From Deltaproteobacteria bacterium (lineage in GTDB: Bacteria; Desulfobacterota; Syntrophia; Syntrophales; UBA2210), in contig JAFGTS010000034.1 in NCBI GenBank assembly GCA_016933965.1, positions 2,696 to 66,695 on the forward strand: a stretch of DNA of 64,000 nt, read 5' to 3'. The notes beneath the pieces were generated by a model. The model saw only the letters and a list, made by a program, of their open reading frames with translations, was not told the DNA's origin and searched no databases. A program made the position numbers and the translations under genes. This document shows positions 21,828 to 32,141 of the stretch, one piece after another; the stretch's first letter is position 1, and each line of letters begins with the position of its first letter.

Positions 21828-23330
21828 ATGGCAGACTATGACGCGATTGTAATCGGCGCCGGCAACGGCGGGTTGACCGCCTCCTGCGCCCTTGCCCAGA
21901 AGGGGCTCAAGGTCCTGCTCCTGGAACGCCATAATATTCCAGGCGGTTGCGGCACGACCTTCTGCCGGGGACGCTTCGAGTTCGAAGTGGCCCTCCATCA
22001 ACTGAGCGGTCTGGGCAGACCTGAAAAACCGGGGCCCCTGCGCATGACCTTCGATAAGCTCGGCGTAACGGAGGACCTGGAATTCGTTGAAGCAAAGGAC
22101 CTGTATAATTTCGTGATGCCCGACGGGTTCAGCCTTCCCCTGAAGACGGAGATCACTCAGGTTATCGAGGCCATTCAGAAAAAATTCCCCCACGAAAAAG
22201 AAGCCATAGGGAAGTTCTTCGGCCTCATGGAGCGTTACGCAAAGGATATGTTGAGCGCTTTCATCTTCCGTGATCCCGAGCCGTCCCGTGAAAAGTACCC
22301 GACGCTGTATGCATACGCCCTGCGTGACGCTGAATCGGTCCTGAACGATTATTTCAAGGACCCCCTGCTCAAGGCGATCCTTGCTGCCTACTGGGGCTAC
22401 CTGGGCGTTCCTCCCAGCCGCCTCTCCTTCGCGTACCTGGCACTTCTCTTCTTCCAGTACACGGAATTCAAGCCCTTTCATGTCAAAGGCGGTTCACAGG
22501 CCATGTCGAACGCCATATTCAACAAATTTCTCAGCTATGGCGGCAAGGCACGATTCAACTGCGGGGCCGCGAAGATCGTCGTAAAGAACGGCGCCGTCCA
22601 GGCGGTGATCACCGAAGAAGGAGACGAGATCACCACGAAATATGTGGTTTCCAACGCCTCCCAGGCATACACCTATATCCATATGATCGATCCGGCCCAG
22701 GTGCCGGACGGGGTGTTCGATGAGGTCAAGTCCCGGAACGTGGCCATCTCGGCCTTTGTCGTCTTTGCCGGCTACGATTGCGAACCGGAAACGCTGGGCA
22801 TCACGGAATCAATGAACTTTATGCTCGCCAACACGGATATCTCGGCCCAAAAGATCGTGAACAACATGTGGAACCTGGGGCTCAAGGACGATTTTATGGC
22901 CTTCAGTTGCTATGACCTGATCGATGACAGTTTCTCCCCGCCCGGGGCATGCCAGACGAGCGCGGTGGCCGTGAAATACGGGGACCCCTGGCTGACTATA
23001 CCGCCCCATAAATACCACGATGTCAAGTTCCGGTGCGCTGATGAAATGCTGAACCGCATGGAGCAGGTCTTTCCGGACATACGGAAGCATATCGAGGAGA
23101 TAGAAGTGGCGACACCCCTGACCTTCATGCGGTATCTCGCTCACCCCGGCGGGTCGATCTACGGGTACGAACAGCTTATGAAGGATTCGTTGTTCTTCCA
23201 GCCGGACCGCAATTCACCGATCAAGGGATTGTACTTTGCGGGCAGTTGGGCGGGGGACTGCGGTTTCGAACCGACGTTCAATTCCGGTGTAGCCGTCGCC
23301 CGATCGATCAGCAGACAACTCGGAAAATAA
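21828..23330 (+). CDS. Phytoene desaturase / retinol saturase-like FAD oxidoreductase
   Basis: DAIVIGAGNGGL..LLLERHNIPGGC, VKGGSQAMSNA, EVATPLTFMRY..PGGSIYG, GLYFAGSW. Confidence 0.85.
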   Translation: MADYDAIVIGAGNGGLTASCALAQKGLKVLLLERHNIPGGCGTTFCRGRFEFEVALHQLSGLGRPEKPGPLRMTFDKLGVTEDLEFVEAKDLYNFVMPDGFSLPLKTEITQVIEAIQKKFPHEKEAIGKFFGLMERYAKDMLSAFIFRDPEPSREKYPTLYAYALRDAESVLNDYFKDPLLKAILAAYWGYLGVPPSRLSFAYLALLFFQYTEFKPFHVKGGSQAMSNAIFNKFLSYGGKARFNCGAAKIVVKNGAVQAVITEEGDEITTKYVVSNASQAYTYIHMIDPAQVPDGVFDEVKSRNVAISAFVVFAGYDCEPETLGITESMNFMLANTDISAQKIVNNMWNLGLKDDFMAFSCYDLIDDSFSPPGACQTSAVAVKYGDPWLTIPPHKYHDVKFRCADEMLNRMEQVFPDIRKHIEEIEVATPLTFMRYLAHPGGSIYGYEQLMKDSLFFQPDRNSPIKGLYFAGSWAGDCGFEPTFNSGVAVARSISRQLGK

Positions 23331-23343
23331 GAGGAGTGGAATC

Positions 23344-24501
23344 ATGAAACAGGGAATATGGCAAGAATTCGATGGATATAATGATATCGTTCGTGAGATC
23401 GAAGCGACCCGGAAGTACCGTGAGAACATCATCCCCGACAAGTACCTGACGAAACCGTTCATCGAACGGCTCCACCCGCCGAAGATGGACCTTCGGATCA
23501 CTGAGGTCATCGAGGAATCTTCCACAACGAAAACCTTCCGCCTGGTATCGGATGACCATTACCTGCCGCCGTTTCTTGCGGGGCAGTATATCACCCTCTA
23601 TCTGACCATCGGAAATATCAGGACGGGCCGCCCCTACAGCATTTCATCGTCACCCAATCAGACCGGATACTATGACATCACCGTACGTCGCGTGGAAAAC
23701 GGCCTGGTCTCGAACCATCTCCTGGACGAGGTGACTACGGGCGATGTCATCGAAACATCGGGCCCGTCGGGGAATTTCTATCACAATCCCCTGGTCCACG
23801 AAAAAACCATGGTCTGTATCGCCGGCGGCAGCGGCATCACGCCCTTCATGAGCATGATACGGGAGATCGCCGAAAGCGGCCTTGACCGCACGGTGTTCCT
23901 TTTTTACGGGAACAAGAACCAGGAGGACGTCATCTTCCACGATGAACTGGTCCGTCTTTCCCTTACGCACGCGAACATCACGTACACACCGGTCATCGAG
24001 GAACCCCTGGAAGACTATGACGGCACATGCGGATTTATCACCGGCGCCGTGGTCAGCGAAATTTCGGGCGATCACGCCGGCAAGACCTATTTTCTCTGCG
24101 GTCCCCGGGGCCTGTATGATTTCTGCCTCCCGGAACTTGAAAAGCTGGGGGTCCCCCAGCGGAAGACGCGCCGGGAAATGTACGGCCCCCCCCTTGGCAT
24201 CACCGATTACCCCGGATGGCCCGCTAAGATCAAGGCGGAAGACCGGTTCACGGTTTCCGTCAAAGGAAAGAGATCATTTCAGGCGAAGGCGGGGGAATCA
24301 TTGCTCACCGCGCTGGAAAACAACGGCATACTCGTGCCGTCCCTCTGCCGCTCGGGTGAGTGCAGCATGTGCCGGGTGAAGATCCTTTCAGGGAGCGTCT
24401 ATCAGCCGGCCGGCACGATGGTTCGAAAATCGGACCGGAAGCATGGATACGTGCATTCCTGCGTCTCTTTTCCCCTTGAGGACCTTGAAGTCCTTGTGTA
24501 G
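23344..24501 (+). CDS. Ferredoxin-NAD(P) reductase-type protein with C-terminal [2Fe-2S] domain (PaaE/Hcr-like)
   Basis: RPYSISSSP, AGGSGITP, LCGP, CRSGECSMC...SC. Confidence 0.92.
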   Translation: MKQGIWQEFDGYNDIVREIEATRKYRENIIPDKYLTKPFIERLHPPKMDLRITEVIEESSTTKTFRLVSDDHYLPPFLAGQYITLYLTIGNIRTGRPYSISSSPNQTGYYDITVRRVENGLVSNHLLDEVTTGDVIETSGPSGNFYHNPLVHEKTMVCIAGGSGITPFMSMIREIAESGLDRTVFLFYGNKNQEDVIFHDELVRLSLTHANITYTPVIEEPLEDYDGTCGFITGAVVSEISGDHAGKTYFLCGPRGLYDFCLPELEKLGVPQRKTRREMYGPPLGITDYPGWPAKIKAEDRFTVSVKGKRSFQAKAGESLLTALENNGILVPSLCRSGECSMCRVKILSGSVYQPAGTMVRKSDRKHGYVHSCVSFPLEDLEVLV

Positions 24502-24522
24502 CACGGTTTAACAACGGATTTT

Positions 24523-24550
24523 GAAGGGGCCGCCCCGGGGCGGCCCTTTC
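24523..24550 (+). terminator. Rho-independent terminator
   Basis: GAAGGGGCCGCCC-CG-GGGCGGCCCTTTC. Confidence 0.7.
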
Positions 24551-24622
24551 TGTCCCCGCCGCGTTCAGGACAGCCCTCCCATTCCCGCCCTTCAAAGGCC
24601 TTGTCGCCATTTCAAATATTCC

Positions 24623-24677
24623 TTGACAGGCAGGATGAATACATATACTAAACCATAAAGTTACACTTCATGCTTCA
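24623..24677 (+). promoter_or_regulatory. Sigma70-like promoter with operator site 2
   Basis: TTGACA at 24623, TATACT at 24644; operator TAAAC-CA-TAAAG-TTACA-CTTCA-TG-CTTCA at 24649-24677. Confidence 0.75.
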
Positions 24678-24758
24678 TTATTTCCCCGCTCGCGGGAAGA
24701 CACGTCCCGTGCCGGGATAATCGAAACAGTATAAAGATAATCAGAGGAGGTTGAAAAC

Positions 24759-25904
24759 ATGTCGCTTCTTGAACGGATCCATACCGAGGAACATCGAATC
24801 TTCAGAGACGCTCTCAAAAAATACCTCGAAAAGAACGTGGTCCCCTACGTTGAGGAATGGGAGGAACAGGGGATCGTCCCCCGGCAGGCATGGAAGGATT
24901 TCGGTTCCCAGGGTTTTCTCTGCACCTGGCTGCCCGAGGAATACGGGGGCTCCGGCGTGGGATTTGAATACTCCGTCATGATCATCGAGGAAATGGAACG
25001 GACGAACCAGTTGGGTTTCGTGGCGCCGCTCCACAGCGATGTCGTCGTTCCCTACATCTATTCCTTCGGCAACGAAGAACAGAAACAGAAATGGCTCCCG
25101 GGCTGCGCCAGCGGCGACATCGTCACCGCCGTCGCCATGACGGAACCCGTGGCGGGCTCGGACCTGGCATCCATCCGGGCCACCGCCGTCCGCGACGGTG
25201 ACGATTACATCATCAACGGACAGAAGACATTCATTTCAAACGGTATCATCTGTGACCTCGTCGTCGTGGCGGCACTGACCAATCCCGCGGCCCCCTATGC
25301 GGGGATGAGCCTCTTTGTCGTCGAGGACGGGACCCCCGGCTTTGTGAAAGGCAGAAAGCTCCACAAGATCGGCATGAAGAGTCAGGATACGTCGGAGCTT
25401 TTTTTCGAGGACTGCCGCGTTCCCGCCGCCAACCTTCTCGGGGAGGAGGGGAGCGGTTTCAAGTACCTCATGGAAAAACTGCAGCAGGAACGGCTGGTCT
25501 CCGCCTGGGGATCACAGATCATGGCCGAGATGGCCCTTGAATACACCATTGATTTCACGAAATCCAGGGTCGCCTTCGGACGGCCGGTCTCCCGCCACCA
25601 GCACGTCTCGTTCAAGCTCGCCGAGATGGCCACGGAAGTGGAACTCGGAAGGACCTTCATGGAATCCTTGACACTGGATCATATTGATGGAAAGAACATC
25701 GTCAAGAAGGTGTCCATGGCCAAATACTGGATCGCCGAGATGGCGAACCGCATCGCCCAGCAGGGGGTCCAACTCCATGGCGGCTATGGATACATGGAAG
25801 AATATCCCATTGCTCGTCTGTTCCGGGACGTCCGGGTCCAGACCATCTTTGCGGGAACATCGGAAATCATGAAGCTCATTATCTCCAGGATGATGGACCT
25901 GTAA
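24759..25904 (+). CDS. Acyl-CoA dehydrogenase (LCAD-like)
   Basis: AMTEPVAGSD, INGQKTFISNG, LQQERL, QLHGGYGY, IFAGTSEI. Confidence 0.95.
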   Translation: MSLLERIHTEEHRIFRDALKKYLEKNVVPYVEEWEEQGIVPRQAWKDFGSQGFLCTWLPEEYGGSGVGFEYSVMIIEEMERTNQLGFVAPLHSDVVVPYIYSFGNEEQKQKWLPGCASGDIVTAVAMTEPVAGSDLASIRATAVRDGDDYIINGQKTFISNGIICDLVVVAALTNPAAPYAGMSLFVVEDGTPGFVKGRKLHKIGMKSQDTSELFFEDCRVPAANLLGEEGSGFKYLMEKLQQERLVSAWGSQIMAEMALEYTIDFTKSRVAFGRPVSRHQHVSFKLAEMATEVELGRTFMESLTLDHIDGKNIVKKVSMAKYWIAEMANRIAQQGVQLHGGYGYMEEYPIARLFRDVRVQTIFAGTSEIMKLIISRMMDL

Positions 25905-25968
25905 TGGAATCCCGGCGGAGGGTGACGGGGCCTGTCATCGGTTTTTCAACCACAAAGGAGGGAACCTT

Positions 25969-27699
25969 ATGGGGAAGAACTTCACCTGCTGGCCGAAAGG
26001 GATTTTTCGCGCGCTCAGTTACCCGGAAGTGCCGATCTTTGAGATCATCCGCTCTTCAGCGAAGAAATGGCCCAATCGCAATGCCCTGATCTTCGCGGGC
26101 ATGGAAATGACCTACCGCGAACTGGATCAGCTGTCCGACCGGTTCGCGGCCGCCCTCCACGCACTGGGCGTACGCAAGGGAGACCGGGTGGCGCTGTACC
26201 TGCCGAACAGTCCGCAGTTCGCCATCGCCTACTACGGCCTGCTCAAGGCCGGCGCTGTCTTCGTACCGGTCAGCCTGTTGCTGGCGGACCGGGAGATCAC
26301 CTTCCAGCTGAACGATTCAGGTGCCGAGACCTTTATCGGGATCGATCTTTTCTATCCCGTCGCCAAGGAAGCCCTGTCAAAGTCGCCCGTGAAAAACATT
26401 ATCCTCACGAGCCTGGCGGACTGCTACCCGCCGGTGAACGCGCCGGTCAAGCTGCTCTCGAAATCACCCTTCGAGGAGGGGATCATCGATTTCACGTCCC
26501 TACTGCGCGACTATCCCGCCGAAGCACCTGACATATCATTTCAGGTCACGGAAGACCTGGCGCATATCTCCTACACGGGCGGAACCACGGGAACACCCAA
26601 AGGGGTCATGGTCACCCATTTCAACGGTGTCGTGGCATCCTGCCAGCTCCAGTACTGGTTCACGGGCGGTGATGTGACCTATGAGGACGGGATCTTCGGG
26701 ATCAGGCGGGAAGCGGGTGATTCCCCGGAGGACCACCCCGTCAAGCCGGGCCGTGAAATGTCCCTGGTCGTACCGCCCTGGTTTCATGCCATGGGAACCT
26801 TCGCCTTTCTGAACATGCAGCTCCTCGCGGGAGCCACCCTGGTGGTCATGCCCCGCTTCGATCCGCAGGAATTTCTCGAAGCGATCCCCAAGTACCGGGC
26901 GACCATATTCGGCGGCGCGCCGCAGCTCTTTGTCCCCATGGTCGAGCACCCGGTGTTCAAGGAGATCGACATGTCCGACATCAGCCTTGTCGCGTCCGGG
27001 GCCGCCCCGATCTCACCGGGGCTTCTGGAAGCCATGAAGGCGAAGATCCCCGGCGCCGTCACGGAGGCATACGGCCTTTCGGAGGCCACCGTTGCCTGTT
27101 CGTTCGGCATCGCAGAACGGGAAAAACACCGCATGGGTTCCGTGGGGCTGCCCATACAGGACACAGAGATCAAGATCGTGGACACCGAGGATTTTTCAAA
27201 GGAAATGCCCACGGGCGAAGTGGGCGAGATCTGCGTCCACGGCCCCCAGGTGATGAAGGGATACTGGAATAAACCGGAAGAGACCGAACAGGTCCTGACA
27301 AAGGACGGCTGGCTTCTCACCGGCGACATGGGCAGGTTCGATGAGGACGGGTTCCTCTATATCGCCGACCGGAAAAAGGACATGCTCATTTACAAGGGAT
27401 ATAATATCTACCCACGCGACCTGGAGGAGGTGCTGAACGCGCATCCCTCCGTGGCCCAGTCCGCCGTGGTCGGGAAACGCGACGACCGGTTCGGTGACCT
27501 TCCCGTCGCCTTCGTGCAGCTGGTCCCGGGCGCAGCGGCGACGGAAGATGAACTCATGGAGTATGCCAACTCGAAACTGGCGAAATACAAGAAGATCAGG
27601 CTCGTCAAGATCATCGAACAATTGCCGGTGAGCGGCGTGGGGAAGATACTCAAGCGGGAGCTGCACCCGGTGGTGGAGGAGCTCGAGATCAATCTATGA
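25969..27699 (+). CDS. Long-chain fatty-acid--CoA ligase
   Basis: YTGGTTGTPKG, AYGLSE, GWLLTGD, GKILKR. Confidence 0.93.
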   Translation: MGKNFTCWPKGIFRALSYPEVPIFEIIRSSAKKWPNRNALIFAGMEMTYRELDQLSDRFAAALHALGVRKGDRVALYLPNSPQFAIAYYGLLKAGAVFVPVSLLLADREITFQLNDSGAETFIGIDLFYPVAKEALSKSPVKNIILTSLADCYPPVNAPVKLLSKSPFEEGIIDFTSLLRDYPAEAPDISFQVTEDLAHISYTGGTTGTPKGVMVTHFNGVVASCQLQYWFTGGDVTYEDGIFGIRREAGDSPEDHPVKPGREMSLVVPPWFHAMGTFAFLNMQLLAGATLVVMPRFDPQEFLEAIPKYRATIFGGAPQLFVPMVEHPVFKEIDMSDISLVASGAAPISPGLLEAMKAKIPGAVTEAYGLSEATVACSFGIAEREKHRMGSVGLPIQDTEIKIVDTEDFSKEMPTGEVGEICVHGPQVMKGYWNKPEETEQVLTKDGWLLTGDMGRFDEDGFLYIADRKKDMLIYKGYNIYPRDLEEVLNAHPSVAQSAVVGKRDDRFGDLPVAFVQLVPGAAATEDELMEYANSKLAKYKKIRLVKIIEQLPVSGVGKILKRELHPVVEELEINL

Positions 27700-27717
27700 A
27701 ACGCAGGAGGAACGGTT

Positions 27718-28464
27718 GTGAAGACGGTACTGGCATTTAACGGAAGTCCGCGGGGAGCAAAGGGCAACACGGAAAAGATCCTTCAGCCCTTCCTTGAAGG
27801 AATGCGCGACGCGGGTGCGTCGGTGGAGACGTTGTACCTGAAGGACCTTGACATCAAGGAGTGCCGCGGGTGTTACAACTGCCACATGAAAACGCCGGGC
27901 CGATGCATCATGAGTGATGACATGGACTGGATCGGAGAGCGGATCAAGGCAGCCGACGTCCTTGTCTTCGCGACACCGCTCTATGTCTTTACCGTCAGCG
28001 CCCTGATGAAGCTGCTCATGGACCGGTTCATCATTTTCGGAGACCTCAAGCTCTCCTATACGGACGGCCTGACGGGCCATCCGCCCCGCGATCCCGACAA
28101 GAAATGGGAGTGGGTGCTTATTTCCAATGCCGGTTTTCCCGAACGGGAACATTTCACCGCTCTGGAGCTGACCTTTGAAAAGTTCGCCTGGGCCTTCGGT
28201 GGGGGAACGCACGCGTCCGTCGCCGCGCGGATACTGAAGGGAATGGGAGAAATTCTGACCGTCAAAAAACTGCTGCCTCAATTCGAGTGGTTTTTCCAGG
28301 CATGCAGGCAGGCAGGCCGCGAGGTCGCCGAACAGGGAAGGATCGCCCCGGAAACCCAGGAGATCCTTGACCGGCCGTTCATCGATCTCCCCGTCGAACA
28401 ACTCGTCTCGATCCTCAATCAGAACATCGATAAGGCGCAGAAGCTCATCATGGGAAAAGGCTGA
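27718..28464 (+). CDS. Iron-sulfur flavoprotein / flavodoxin-family protein
   Basis: FNGSPRG..GNT, CRGCYNC....GRC, ATPLYVF..SALMK. Confidence 0.88.
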   Translation: MKTVLAFNGSPRGAKGNTEKILQPFLEGMRDAGASVETLYLKDLDIKECRGCYNCHMKTPGRCIMSDDMDWIGERIKAADVLVFATPLYVFTVSALMKLLMDRFIIFGDLKLSYTDGLTGHPPRDPDKKWEWVLISNAGFPEREHFTALELTFEKFAWAFGGGTHASVAARILKGMGEILTVKKLLPQFEWFFQACRQAGREVAEQGRIAPETQEILDRPFIDLPVEQLVSILNQNIDKAQKLIMGKG

Positions 28465-28509
28465 CCGGCGGCGGCAACAGGGCCGCTCTTTCGGAAGTGC
28501 GAACAAAAG

Positions 28510-28537
28510 AGGGGATGGCCGCCACAGGCCATCCCCT
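28510..28537. terminator. Bidirectional terminator between convergent genes
   Basis: AGGGGATGGCC-GCCACA-GGCCATCCCCT with A-rich and T-rich flanks. Confidence 0.75.
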
Positions 28538-28565
28538 TTCTGTTCATCCGCGATAGACCAATCCG

Positions 28566-30239
28566 TCAGGCGGCGGAGGCCCCTTTCCTCTTTTTATCCA
28601 GATCCCTCACTTCACGTCGCAGGATCTTTCCCACGGCGCTCTTGGGCAGTTCATCGATGAACTCTATGTCCTTGGGAACCTTGTAGGCCCCGAGGTTATC
28701 CTTGCAATGCCGGATGATTTCCTCGGCATCGGCCGTCTCCCCGGGCTTGAGGACGATATAGCATTTGACCGTCTCACCCCGGTACTCATGGGGAACACCG
28801 ATAGTACAGGCCTCGAACACCTTGGGATGTTTGTAGAGAACATCGTCGATCTCCGCGGGGTAGATATTGTAGCCGCCGGCGATGATCATGTCCTTCATGC
28901 GATCGACGATTGACAGGTACCCCTCTTCATCCATGACACCCACATCACCCGTATGAAGCCACCCGTCCACGATCGTCTCCGCCGTTTCCTTCGGCTTCTT
29001 GTAATAGCCTTTCATGACCTGGGGGCCCCGGAAACAGATCTCGCCGCTTTCCCCGATGGACATATCCTTTCCGTCCTCTCCGACGATCCGGATATCGGTG
29101 TTGCACACGGGCAGGCCCACGGTCCCCACCTTGATCTTGCCGCCCCAGGGGGTCACCGTCGCCACGGGGCTCGTTTCCGTCTGGCCGTATATCTCGAGAA
29201 TGGTCGAACCCGTCGCATCCTTCAACTGCCTGATGATCTCAACGGGCAGGGGCGCCGCACCGGAGAAAAACCCCTTGATGAAGGTCACGTCCTGATTCTT
29301 GAACTTCGGCTCTTTCAGCATACCCACGTAGATGGTGGGAACACCGCCGATGTACGTGGGCTTGTACTTGCTGATCATGTCGGCCAGCGCCTTGGGTTCC
29401 GGCCGGGGAATCAGCACGTTCGTCAGTCCCGTCCAGACGCAGAAGTTCTGACAGAGGTATCCCGCCGTGTGAAAGACGGGGAAGATGTACAGAAGGCTGT
29501 CCTTCCCGTCTTCGAGATCGTGGATCCAGTATCGCAACTGCTGGACGTTGCTCGAGCAGTTAGCATGGGTCAGCATCACCCCCTTGCTGACGCCGGTCGT
29601 GCCCCCCGTATAGACGAGGGCGGCAAGACCGTCCCATTCAGCCTGTATCTTCACCGTACTGTCAGGGTATTGTTTGATGAGTTCCGTGAATTCATATACC
29701 CCGGCCTGGGGTTCGACCTTCCTGAACATGTCCTTTTTGACGAAGGGGAAGAGCTGCTTCGCCGGAAAGGGGAGAAAATCGTTAATGTGGCAGGTGATGA
29801 TCCGTTCTATTTTCGTCTTACCCTTCAAAGAAAGCGCCCGCGGCAGCAGAAGATCGAGGGTGATCAGCGTCGTGGAATCGGAATCGTTCAGTTGGTATTC
29901 AAGCTCCCGTTCCGTGTACAGGGGGTTGTTCATGACGGTGACGCCGCCGATCTTGTATGTTGCATAATTCGCGATCACCATCTGAGGAATATTGGGAAGG
30001 AGCATGGCCACCATGTCCCCTTTTTTCACTCCCAGACCGATGAGCGCATTGGCAAACCGGTTGACCAGGGAATTGAATTCACGGTACGTGATCTTTTTAC
30101 CCATAAAGTTCAGGGTATTGACCGACGGGAACCGCTTCGCGTTCCTTTCGAGCACCTCGGCCATGGTGATCTTCTCAATGTCCGCCTCATAGGGCACACC
30201 GGGCACATAGGACTTGTGCCAGAACCGTTCGAATGCCAT
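28566..30239 (-). CDS. Long-chain fatty-acid--CoA ligase
   Basis: YTGGTTGVSKG, YGQTE, GWLHTGD, PKSAVGKILRR. Confidence 0.95.
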   Translation of the reverse strand: MAFERFWHKSYVPGVPYEADIEKITMAEVLERNAKRFPSVNTLNFMGKKITYREFNSLVNRFANALIGLGVKKGDMVAMLLPNIPQMVIANYATYKIGGVTVMNNPLYTERELEYQLNDSDSTTLITLDLLLPRALSLKGKTKIERIITCHINDFLPFPAKQLFPFVKKDMFRKVEPQAGVYEFTELIKQYPDSTVKIQAEWDGLAALVYTGGTTGVSKGVMLTHANCSSNVQQLRYWIHDLEDGKDSLLYIFPVFHTAGYLCQNFCVWTGLTNVLIPRPEPKALADMISKYKPTYIGGVPTIYVGMLKEPKFKNQDVTFIKGFFSGAAPLPVEIIRQLKDATGSTILEIYGQTETSPVATVTPWGGKIKVGTVGLPVCNTDIRIVGEDGKDMSIGESGEICFRGPQVMKGYYKKPKETAETIVDGWLHTGDVGVMDEEGYLSIVDRMKDMIIAGGYNIYPAEIDDVLYKHPKVFEACTIGVPHEYRGETVKCYIVLKPGETADAEEIIRHCKDNLGAYKVPKDIEFIDELPKSAVGKILRREVRDLDKKRKGASAA

Positions 30240-30302
30240 ACACGTCCCTCCTTTTCAGATTATTTCCATGTTCGCGCGTGACGAAACCCCTCCGCCGTCC
30301 GG

Positions 30303-31979
30303 TCAGGGGCGTTTTTTGAGCTCCTGTTCCCGCAATTCCTTTCTGAGTATCTTCCCGACGGCGGATTTCGGAAGTTCATCAACAAATTCATAGAGTTTCG
30401 GGGCCTTGAAGGCGGCAAGCCGTTCCCTGCAGAAGGCATCCAGTTCTTCGGCGGTCAGGGTCTCCCCCGGTTTCACCACCACAAAGGCCTTTACCGTCTC
30501 ACCCCGGTATTCATGGGGAACGCCGACGGTGCAGGCCTCGAGAACGCGAGGATGCTCATAGAGTATTTCATCGATCTCCCGGGGATAGATATTGTATCCG
30601 CCGGCGATGATCATGTCCTTTGTCCGATCCACGATATAGAGAAAACCGTCTTCATCGAGCTTTCCGATATCACCCGTGTGAAACCATCCGTTCCTGAGAG
30701 CGGTGTCGGTTTCCTCGGGCATATTGTAATAGCCGGCGCACATCTGAGGACCCCTGAAAACGATCTCACCCTCTTCACCGGGGGCCAGTTCCCGTTCTCC
30801 CGTTTCCAGATCGACGATCCGCATGTCCGTGTTGGGCAGGGCGACGCCGACGCTTCCCGGCTTGTGAAGTCCCCGCCAGGGCGTCATGTGGGTGATGCCC
30901 GTCGATTCCGTCATTCCGTACCCCTCGATAACGCCGATCTTCGCATCGGAAACTCCCTTGAGGGCCCCGATGGTTTCAACGGGCAGGGGCGCCGCACCGG
31001 AAAAGAAGGCCCTGATAAAGGACAGGTCCGCCGTCTTGAAGGCCGGGAGATTCAGTATGCCCGTATAGATGGTGGGAACGGCCAGGAATATGGAGGGTTT
31101 GTACTTGAGCGCCATGTCCAGCGCGATCTCCGGCTCGGGCCGGGGAACCAGTATGATCTCCCAGGCCCGGTACAGGCAGATGCACATGACGAGCAGGAAC
31201 CCGGCCATGTGAAAGAAGGGGAACAGGGCTATCTCGCTTTCCTTGCCCTCCTCCATGTCAAAGAGCCAGGCCCCGACGATCTGCACGATCGATGAGATAT
31301 TGCGATGTGAAATGATCGCTCCCTTTGATACCCCGGTGGTACCGCCCGTGTAAGGAATGATCGCGAGATCGTCAAGCTTCGGGTGTGCCGGTGCGTCGGT
31401 GCGTGAACTTCCCCGCATCAGATCCATGAACTGGTAGTATCCCGGACGTTTCCTGTAGGGCGCGTACATTCCCTTCTTGACGAAGGGAAACAGCTGCTTG
31501 ACGGGAAAAGGAAGATAGTCGTTGATGTGTGCCGTTATGATCGTCTTCAGCCGTGTTTTCGTCTTGAGCGCCAGCATCCGTTCCGCCAGCAGGTCCAGAG
31601 TGATCAGGACCGACGCGCCGGACATGTTCAACTGGTGTTCTATTTCACGATCCGAGTAGAGAGGATTGACGGGAACCGCCGTCGCGCCCGCCCGCCATAT
31701 GCCGAAATAAGCAATGGTGATCTGGGGCACGTTCGGCAGGAGCAGGGCCACCCGGTCCCCCGCACCGACACCGATGGCGCGAAGGGCGTGGGCGAAACGG
31801 TTCGACAGGGTATCAAGTTCGCGGAACGATATCCGCTTTCCCATAAATATCAGGGCTGTCTTTGAGGGATACTTCCCGGCGTTTCGGCTCAGGAACTCCG
31901 ATATGGTGAGTTGCTCAAATTCCAGTTCCGGCGGGATTCCGGTGACATAGGCCCCATGCCATATCCTGTTGAATGCCAT
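30303..31979 (-). CDS. Long-chain fatty-acid--CoA ligase
   Basis: YTGGTTGVSKG, GYGMTE, GWFHTGD, PKSAVGKILRK. Confidence 0.95.
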   Translation of the reverse strand: MAFNRIWHGAYVTGIPPELEFEQLTISEFLSRNAGKYPSKTALIFMGKRISFRELDTLSNRFAHALRAIGVGAGDRVALLLPNVPQITIAYFGIWRAGATAVPVNPLYSDREIEHQLNMSGASVLITLDLLAERMLALKTKTRLKTIITAHINDYLPFPVKQLFPFVKKGMYAPYRKRPGYYQFMDLMRGSSRTDAPAHPKLDDLAIIPYTGGTTGVSKGAIISHRNISSIVQIVGAWLFDMEEGKESEIALFPFFHMAGFLLVMCICLYRAWEIILVPRPEPEIALDMALKYKPSIFLAVPTIYTGILNLPAFKTADLSFIRAFFSGAAPLPVETIGALKGVSDAKIGVIEGYGMTESTGITHMTPWRGLHKPGSVGVALPNTDMRIVDLETGERELAPGEEGEIVFRGPQMCAGYYNMPEETDTALRNGWFHTGDIGKLDEDGFLYIVDRTKDMIIAGGYNIYPREIDEILYEHPRVLEACTVGVPHEYRGETVKAFVVVKPGETLTAEELDAFCRERLAAFKAPKLYEFVDELPKSAVGKILRKELREQELKKRP

Positions 31980-32141
31980 GATTCGACCTCCTGGCGGTTA
32001 GGTTCATTGCATCGCGTAATATGGCAATCAGCCATTGAACCGCGGTTCCCCGGATGAGTTCCGCTCACGTCCGCTCCACGTATACCGGGGATCACTCCGT
32101 CATCATTCATCGAACAGCAAGGGACGGTTCAGTGGCGTTTT

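Noticed and set aside
21828-23330. Carotenoid biosynthesis (crtI)
   Set aside because: No phytoene synthase or other crt genes; the context is catabolic
28953-30281. 442-aa plus-strand ORF
   Set aside because: Antisense shadow of an acyl-CoA ligase
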